From Patescibacteria group bacterium (GTDB taxonomy: Bacteria; Patescibacteriota; Patescibacteriia; UBA9934): 64,000 bases of DNA. Position 1 is the first letter of the stretch. Each line of letters starts with the position of its first letter. The notes beneath the pieces are model-generated. The model did no database searches. It was not told where the DNA came from and worked only from the letters and a program-made list of their open reading frames with translations. The translations under genes were made by a program, and so were the position numbers. The DNA lies in assembly GCA_018062825.1 (NCBI GenBank), contig JAGORL010000001.1:247074-311073 (forward strand), in the 5' to 3' direction. Below, piece by piece: positions 58,230 through 64,000 of this stretch.

Positions 58230-59462
58230 CTAACAGAGTTTCATTCCCACCAGCCGACCAGCCGCCCAGGAGGCCTGCAGATTGAAGCCACCAGTAAAAC
58301 CATCAACATCCATAATCTCTCCGGCAAAATAAAGGTCGGGGCAAATAGTGCTTTCCAGTGTTGCTGGATCAATTTCCGAAAGAGGAACCCCACCAGCCGT
58401 TACAAACTCATCACCGGCACCGCGCTGCACAACGTGCAGCGGAATTGCTTTGAGCCAATTGCAAACACGCAAGACATCTTTCTTGCTGATTTCATTAACA
58501 CGTTTTGTAACATCAAGAGCAAGTTCAGAAACGATAACCGCCGCGAGTGAATGTGGCACAAAGAATCCAAGCGTGTTTACAAATTGCTTCTGCGAATTTA
58601 ACGCCATGATGTGCTCCAAGTCTACGCGAACGCTATCGATTGATTGTTCTGGAAAAAGATCGATCGTAATTGGGAGTGGCTGCTGAGCATTGTACGTTTC
58701 AAAAGCTACAAGCGATGACAACGCAAAAACCGCTGGACCACTAACGCCTTTGTGCGTAAAGAGAAACGGTCCGGTAAAGCGCTGCTTCTTTTCGCCATGT
58801 GAAGAGATTGTCGCATTTGGAAAAGATAATCCTGACAGCTGTGTTGGCCACGTCTCTTGCGTGAAAAAAGCATTCAAGCTCGGAGCGAGTTTGGTGATGG
58901 TGTGACCAAGTGCAATAGCAAATGCATAGCCATCTCCGGTTGAGCCTGTTTGCCGATACGCTTGTCCGCCAGTTGTGAGTACGATTCGATCAACAACAAG
59001 CGGTTCAACCTGATCTTTCATGGTCAGCACGAACTCATTATTCTCCTTTGCAACGGAAAGCAGTGTTGTCTTAAGAAATACGCGAACGTTACTGTTCGCA
59101 AAGAGGCGTTCAAAAACCGCCACAATATCGTGACCATCATCAGAGGCGGGGAAGGCGCGGTTATCAGCTTGAATCTTCAGCGGCACGCCATGATCTTCAA
59201 ACCAATTATAAACAGCGTCCGGTGGAAAGTTATACATGGCCCGCGTCAGAAACTTATTGCCACGTGGATATTTAGTGAGGAGCGTTCGTACATCGTGAAT
59301 GCCGGTTGTAACGTTACAGCGACCACCACCGGAAATGATAACCTTCTTTCCAAGACCATTATTTCGTTCAATCAAAAAAATATCAGCAGCAGGATGTTGC
59401 TCCTGAAGCGTTGCGGCACACATCATCCCAGCCGCGCCTCCGCCGATAATCGCAATACGCAT
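58230..59462 (-). CDS. HI0933-family NAD(P)/FAD-dependent flavoprotein (BaiN-like)
   Basis: N-terminal Rossmann motif IAIIGGGAAG and GGGRCNVT. ATG at 59462; ORF track TTG at 59471. Confidence 0.85.
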   Translation of the reverse strand: MRIAIIGGGAAGMMCAATLQEQHPAADIFLIERNNGLGKKVIISGGGRCNVTTGIHDVRTLLTKYPRGNKFLTRAMYNFPPDAVYNWFEDHGVPLKIQADNRAFPASDDGHDIVAVFERLFANSNVRVFLKTTLLSVAKENNEFVLTMKDQVEPLVVDRIVLTTGGQAYRQTGSTGDGYAFAIALGHTITKLAPSLNAFFTQETWPTQLSGLSFPNATISSHGEKKQRFTGPFLFTHKGVSGPAVFALSSLVAFETYNAQQPLPITIDLFPEQSIDSVRVDLEHIMALNSQKQFVNTLGFFVPHSLAAVIVSELALDVTKRVNEISKKDVLRVCNWLKAIPLHVVQRGAGDEFVTAGGVPLSEIDPATLESTICPDLYFAGEIMDVDGFTGGFNLQASWAAGRLVGMKLC

Positions 59463-59503
59463 AACGCCCAAGTCTAGGGTAAAAAATCGAAAAAGTAAAG
59501 AAA

Positions 59504-60190
59504 CTAGCCAAATCGTTTCACTACCCCTTCAAGCCATGCGCGCTGCCAGTAGGCAAAAATACAAAGTACAAGAAGCACAGCGGCGGTGATTGCAACAAGA
59601 ATGTACTGCGCATCTGCAACCCCAGCGCCGAGCATCGCAAGCACGAGCGATCCCGGGAGTCTACCAATAAGAGAAACGGCAATAAGCGTTCGCAAGCGAA
59701 TTACCGTTAGCCCCGCTAGGTAACAAATAAGATCGTCAGGAAAAGCGGGAAGAAGAAAGATAAGCATGAACGCTGCTACGCCATGCGTTTTACTCAGGTA
59801 GTCAAAACGCTTCATGACGTCTTTTGGCACCATGAGTTCGGCAAGTGGTCGACCAAAATAGCGTGATAGTGCAAAGATGGCAGTAAAGCCAATAGCGCTA
59901 CCGATCATGGCATAAAGCGTGCCAAGCCAGGTGCCAAATAAATAACCACCCAAAAAGCCGGTTACTTGGCCGGGGATGGGCGCAAAGAATACTTGCGCAA
60001 CCTGCATAGCGATAAAGACGATCGGGCCCCACGCACCTGCTCGCCGCACGAACTGCTCAGCTTGCGCCGGATCGGTAATAATCGCGAGTTGCGGCCATAA
60101 GAAATACGCCGCAATCGCAAGTACGCCCATTACTGACAAAAATGCCGTAACGGTGCGCACGGTCAGAAAAGATGATCTGTGATTCTGCAT
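59504..60190 (-). CDS. DedA/TVP38/TMEM64-family membrane protein
   Basis: Conserved F.P.PG...G.L.G core (FFAPIPGQVTGFLGGYLFG). The start is uncertain; ATG at 60190, 60226 or TTG at 60244 are all possible. Confidence 0.75.
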   Translation of the reverse strand: MQNHRSSFLTVRTVTAFLSVMGVLAIAAYFLWPQLAIITDPAQAEQFVRRAGAWGPIVFIAMQVAQVFFAPIPGQVTGFLGGYLFGTWLGTLYAMIGSAIGFTAIFALSRYFGRPLAELMVPKDVMKRFDYLSKTHGVAAFMLIFLLPAFPDDLICYLAGLTVIRLRTLIAVSLIGRLPGSLVLAMLGAGVADAQYILVAITAAVLLVLCIFAYWQRAWLEGVVKRFG

Positions 60191-60256
60191 AGTAAAAGCA
60201 TAGCAGAAAAGAAACACCACGAGCATATACTCGTGGTGAATCAATTGCGCCGTGCT

Positions 60257-61135
60257 TTAGCTCTCTGACTGCATCATGACACTACGCTTATCGATCAGGT
60301 ACTGCACCATGACCTTTGCGATGTCTACTTCCGTAACGCGTTGCGTGATCGCAAAGTTGTTTGGGAAGTTTACTTCAGCAATGTGTGGCTGATCATGAAC
60401 GTCAAACAAGAGATCTACGCCAGCTGTTTCAATGCCGAGTGTTTGCACAGCCTTCACTGCCATGGCTGCAATTTCTGGCGTTGGGGTGAAAACGTCACGG
60501 CGCTGCTCGGTATCATCTCCAGAGTTTGTGCGGAACTCATCGCCCATAGCGTAGGCAATGTGGCCAGCTGCAACCTTATCTCCCACAACAACCACGCGAG
60601 CGTAGTACTTGTGTTCAACATACTTGCGAAGCAAGATGGCCGTTTCCTGTGAGCGGAAGAAGTCGAGGAGTGACTTCAGGCTTGGCATGGAGTCAACGCG
60701 GATAACGCCAACGCCATGTGAACCGCCACGAACCTTCACAATAACAGGGAAGTTACCCAGGCTGTTTACGGCTTGCTCGATACCGGCATCGGTATTTGGA
60801 ATGAATGGAACCGTTGGGATAGCCGGAAGATTGTAGTGCTGGTGGGTAAAATAGGAACAACCAATAACACCCATGGCTGAGCGCCAATCATGATAAAAAG
60901 TAGTGCACTCCGGAGTAACCATGAGCTGCTCCGCAAGTTTAGCCTTTTTGCCTGTAGCAATACGATAAAAAAGATCGTCGCTTCCAAGTTTTGGCAGGTC
61001 TTCAAGGTTCTGTGTTTCAAGATCGTAGAAGACGCAATCGATACCAAGTGACGCACACGCTGTCGCAAGTAGTGAACCAATGCTTTCCGGGTGTGAGGAC
61101 ATCTGCTGTCCCCACGTAAGCAAGTGGAGGGTCAT
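60257..61135 (-). CDS. ATP-grasp domain protein (RimK-like ligase)
   Basis: VIVKVRGGSHGVGV, YVEHKYYARVVVVGD and GVDLLFD..PHIAEVN motifs. Confidence 0.7.
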   Translation of the reverse strand: MTLHLLTWGQQMSSHPESIGSLLATACASLGIDCVFYDLETQNLEDLPKLGSDDLFYRIATGKKAKLAEQLMVTPECTTFYHDWRSAMGVIGCSYFTHQHYNLPAIPTVPFIPNTDAGIEQAVNSLGNFPVIVKVRGGSHGVGVIRVDSMPSLKSLLDFFRSQETAILLRKYVEHKYYARVVVVGDKVAAGHIAYAMGDEFRTNSGDDTEQRRDVFTPTPEIAAMAVKAVQTLGIETAGVDLLFDVHDQPHIAEVNFPNNFAITQRVTEVDIAKVMVQYLIDKRSVMMQSES

Positions 61136-61238
61136 AAGCCGGAGAAGTTAGTGAGCAAAAATCTCGCCGATCATAGCGAATTTTGAAACATTTGTAAAGG
61201 TTTTTGCGTAGTAAAAAGTCGAGTTTTTACACTTTTAT

Positions 61239-61988
61239 TTACATTTCTGCATTTTCAAGTGCATGATCACCCACCTGAGTGCGTACAAGATGCAAAAGAA
61301 GAGCGCCGGATCCGAGCCGTTCGCCAAGGAGTTTGGCTAGTGAGCGAATGTAGGTTCCGGACGAAACGCGCAGCGTTACTTCCGCGGTCAAAACGTCAGG
61401 TGCTTCCGGGGCGTTAAGGAGATTTTGCCACGCCTGCGTGATTGCCACTTGGCGAAAGTCGCCACGAACGCGAGCGATGCATTGCGTGATGTCGGTAAGA
61501 AGGTGCGCCGGCGAGACCTGATCGCAGCGAATATCCTCAATAAGCGCAACGCTCATAGTAGTCGTCGGGATCGTAACGTCGCCGAGCGATCCAGTGTTTG
61601 CGTAATGATGCAGCGGTTTGCCACCAACTTTTCGGGCTGAATATGCTGGAAAGGGAAGCGTGTGATCGCCAAGAAGGTTATGGATCGCAGTTGCGACTTC
61701 TTCAACCACTGGAGTGATGCCGGTTGCCTGTGGCATGCCAAGCGCATCATGCGTATCACTTGTAAAACCAAATAAGATCGTAGCTCGGTATACCTTGGTT
61801 AATTTTTCAAACTCACTTTTCTTGTGGCGATCATCGCCGGAAAGAATGAGGACAACGCCTTCAGCCATTGGGTCAAGTCGACCGGCGTACGTCATCGGTA
61901 CATCAAAAAGCGTCGGGTCAGTTTCCCGAAGCTTAACGATCATATCAAGCGGCGTCGCGCCGATCGGCTTGTTAACAACGTGAAGCAT
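61239..61988 (-). CDS. truB: tRNA pseudouridine(55) synthase
   Basis: YAGRLDPMAEGV catalytic Asp motif and GTYIRS. Confidence 0.9.
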   Translation of the reverse strand: MLHVVNKPIGATPLDMIVKLRETDPTLFDVPMTYAGRLDPMAEGVVLILSGDDRHKKSEFEKLTKVYRATILFGFTSDTHDALGMPQATGITPVVEEVATAIHNLLGDHTLPFPAYSARKVGGKPLHHYANTGSLGDVTIPTTTMSVALIEDIRCDQVSPAHLLTDITQCIARVRGDFRQVAITQAWQNLLNAPEAPDVLTAEVTLRVSSGTYIRSLAKLLGERLGSGALLLHLVRTQVGDHALENAEM

Positions 61989-61993
61989 GTGGG

Positions 61994-62527
61994 CTAACCA
62001 GCATTTTCAGCGATTTCTTTGAGTGCAGCAAGACCGCGATCAAAATCTTTCTGAAGAGCCTTCTCCATGCTAAAAAGAACCGCAAAGATTTTCATGGTGA
62101 ACGGATTGGTGCCAGTCATAATCCAGGTAACGCGAGTGCCGCCTGCTTCCGGAGTGAATCTGAAAGTTGTTTGATTCATCGCTTCAAATGGTTTGATGAA
62201 CTGAAGATCGATCTTGATTTCATTTGGCGCATCACTCGAGGTGATCGTCATCTTTCCCTCGCCAACCTTACCGTTACCAGACCAGCTATAGGTTGCGCCA
62301 GTGCCGTGTGATGGCTCGCTATACTCTTTCTTCATGGAGTCATCCATCTTTTCCCAAGGAGACCAAGCTTTCCAAGCTTTGAAATCATTGATATGCGTAA
62401 AGATTCTTTCAGCAGACGCGTTTATGACGATCGATCGTTCATAACGAAAGTCATTTGGAAGCGTGGCGACATAGCCAAGAAAGACAATGCCGGCAAAGAG
62501 TAGTGCAATAAAGAGTGCGAGAAGCAT
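61994..62527 (-). CDS. membrane-anchored SRPBCC-family protein
   Basis: N-terminal TM segment (LLALFIALLFAGIVFLGYV) followed by an SRPBCC-like domain. Internal ATG chosen; ORF track extends to 62638. Confidence 0.5.
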   Translation of the reverse strand: MLLALFIALLFAGIVFLGYVATLPNDFRYERSIVINASAERIFTHINDFKAWKAWSPWEKMDDSMKKEYSEPSHGTGATYSWSGNGKVGEGKMTITSSDAPNEIKIDLQFIKPFEAMNQTTFRFTPEAGGTRVTWIMTGTNPFTMKIFAVLFSMEKALQKDFDRGLAALKEIAENAG

Positions 62528-62624
62528 AATGATGTAATTTAGAAGTACTGTGAAAAACAGTACATTGTTTAAGTAATTAATAAAAGCGAGGCATTCGCTT
62601 TTTGGAAAGTGTTGAAAATGAAAA

Positions 62625-62647
62625 CCCAGACGCGCCATGCGTCTGGG
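62625..62647 (-). terminator. terminator hairpin CCCAGACGC gccat GCGTCTGGG
   Basis: Downstream of the minus-strand RCC1-like gene; followed by a T-tract on the minus strand. Confidence 0.65.
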
Positions 62648-62767
62648 TGTGGCTAAAGTTCAAGCAGGATATTTGTCGTAATTTGTCCTGGAGAACTTTA
62701 GTAGCGCTAGTGAGGGCAGAGCGTATGTTGAATCGCTCGAATGACACTCACTATGTGAAGGGATGAA

Positions 62768-63964
62768 CTACCAGTACTGCGGGGTGCAGCTGGCGTAGCG
62801 CGCCGGCCACTGGCCGGCGTTCGAGCCGCCCCAGCAGATGGCCTCGCCGAACTCGTACGGGACGAGGCTACTCGAGCCGTCGACCGCGTCCTTGGGGTCG
62901 TCGATGACCCCGCACATCCTGCCGCCGCTGTCGGTCACCGAGACCTCGACCCGCGAGCGCCAGGTGACCGGACCGTTCGGGCCCTGCGGGATGTAGTACC
63001 GGTTGGCCGGCACGCCGTAGTCATCGAACATCACGGCGTGATGCACGCCGTCGGGGCTGGTGTTGTTGTCATCCGTCCAGAGGTAGACGGACCCGTCCGA
63101 GAGCATCGCGGCCCCAAACATGTGACCGATCTCGGTGGTCTCCCAGGAGATGATGTCGACGTCGCTCGGAATGCCGCGCTGCCCGGGGACGGGGCCGTTC
63201 GCGATGAACGAGCTGCACGCACTCGTTGTGACGCACCACATGTCGAGGGTGCCGTCGTCCTGCACCGCGCCGGCGATGTACCGCCCGACCTCCACCGCCG
63301 TATACGTGCCGGTGGAGGGCTTGTTGGCGTGGGTCGACAGGGCCGTATCGCCCCAGCAGCTCACGCCGCCGTTCGTGATCCCGACGGCGCACCCGACGTC
63401 ACGCCCCACACCGAGCTCGGTGAAGCCGGTCGTGGTGGGGAGCGCACTGCCGAACGCGCCGGCCGTGTTGCCCCAGATCCGCACCTGCCCGTTCTCGTCG
63501 AGGACGCCGAAACGTCCGGTCGAGCCCGAGGAGAGCGCGCTGTAGGGCTCGCCACCCGTCGGATGGGAGATGATCGTGCTGTAGCCGAAGCAGTTGAGAG
63601 CCCCGGAACCGGAGAGGATCGCGCAGCTCCACTCATAGTAGCCGCTCGACGCCCCCTCGCCGATCATGGGGTAGGCGAAGTTGCCGGCCGCGTACGGGGA
63701 GCCGACCGAGTAGGGCTCGGCCTGCCAGGTGCCGTTCGCGCTCGAGCTCCACGTGCCATCGTCGTTCAGCCACGAGACCGCCCCGTGACTCGAGGACGGG
63801 AAGATCTGCAGCGGGCAGACGTCCGGCAGATCCGGGATGCATTCCGGCTCGAGCTCCTCGACCGGCACGCAGCCGGCGTTGCACTCCTGCCCGCGCGCGT
63901 CGGTCGCGACGAGCGTCAGGCACAGGAGCATGGTGAAGGTGACAAGGTGCTTGTGATCGTGCAA
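62768..63964 (-). CDS. secreted RCC1-like repeat (beta-propeller) protein, strongly GC-rich
   Basis: TTG start with GAGGAA upstream and a signal peptide. Repeated G.V.CWG motifs (GQVRIWGNTAG, GGVSCWGDTA, GEAICWGGSNAG). About 68% GC. Confidence 0.55.
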   Translation of the reverse strand: MHDHKHLVTFTMLLCLTLVATDARGQECNAGCVPVEELEPECIPDLPDVCPLQIFPSSSHGAVSWLNDDGTWSSSANGTWQAEPYSVGSPYAAGNFAYPMIGEGASSGYYEWSCAILSGSGALNCFGYSTIISHPTGGEPYSALSSGSTGRFGVLDENGQVRIWGNTAGAFGSALPTTTGFTELGVGRDVGCAVGITNGGVSCWGDTALSTHANKPSTGTYTAVEVGRYIAGAVQDDGTLDMWCVTTSACSSFIANGPVPGQRGIPSDVDIISWETTEIGHMFGAAMLSDGSVYLWTDDNNTSPDGVHHAVMFDDYGVPANRYYIPQGPNGPVTWRSRVEVSVTDSGGRMCGVIDDPKDAVDGSSSLVPYEFGEAICWGGSNAGQWPARYASCTPQYW

Positions 63965-64000
63965 GTCAATTTCCTCAAATGCGCATCACGTTATGATGCG

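Overview
The window is a dense housekeeping stretch of a roughly 50% GC bacterial chromosome. It is coding on both strands and has many intrinsic terminator hairpins. I found no rRNA, CRISPR array, transposase or integrase.

Recognisable core genes are uppP, mnmA, lepA, recJ, dut, ligA, gatC, gatA, lgt, pyrF, dnaG, rpoD, typA, truB and trhO. There is also a type IV pilus block (pilM, a pilin-like gene, pilD), two ABC exporter genes, an ABC-F ATPase, MFS and CaCA transporters, an ECF sigma operon and two tRNAs (Pro-GGG, Ser-GGA). Most backbone genes lack a Shine-Dalgarno sequence. The gene content (type IV pilus genes, lgt, gatCA, few biosynthetic genes) is reminiscent of Patescibacteria/Saccharibacteria, but that is inference only.

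The most notable observations are:
- At least seven short GC-rich islets (about 60-68% GC, strong GC3 bias, canonical GGAGG ribosome-binding sites) are inserted between backbone genes. Two sit next to tRNA genes, and two are driven by near-consensus sigma70 promoters.
- One islet carries pyrF plus a membrane-protein cassette, flanked by a duplicated terminator-containing segment of about 63 bp.
- A membrane protein is paired with an anchorless TrwB/VirD4-type coupling-protein ATPase that carries a C-terminal zinc ribbon. The same CxxCG...PF/I...RP[VI]YCxxC ribbon recurs twice in a Gly/Arg-rich protein about 53 kb away.
- A light-related cluster contains a class II photolyase, a COG2324 carotenoid-type membrane protein and a phytoene/squalene-synthase-like protein with degenerate Asp-rich motifs.
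- A SET-domain protein and an RpoD with a histone-H1-like lysine-rich tail are both present.
- A 15-nt CT-rich motif occurs three times, and two of the copies lie just upstream of SD-less start codons.
- An 18-bp-stem hairpin sits between ligA and gatC.

CDS coordinates follow the supplied ORF track and are trimmed to the most plausible start codon. Hairpin coordinates may be off by a few bases.
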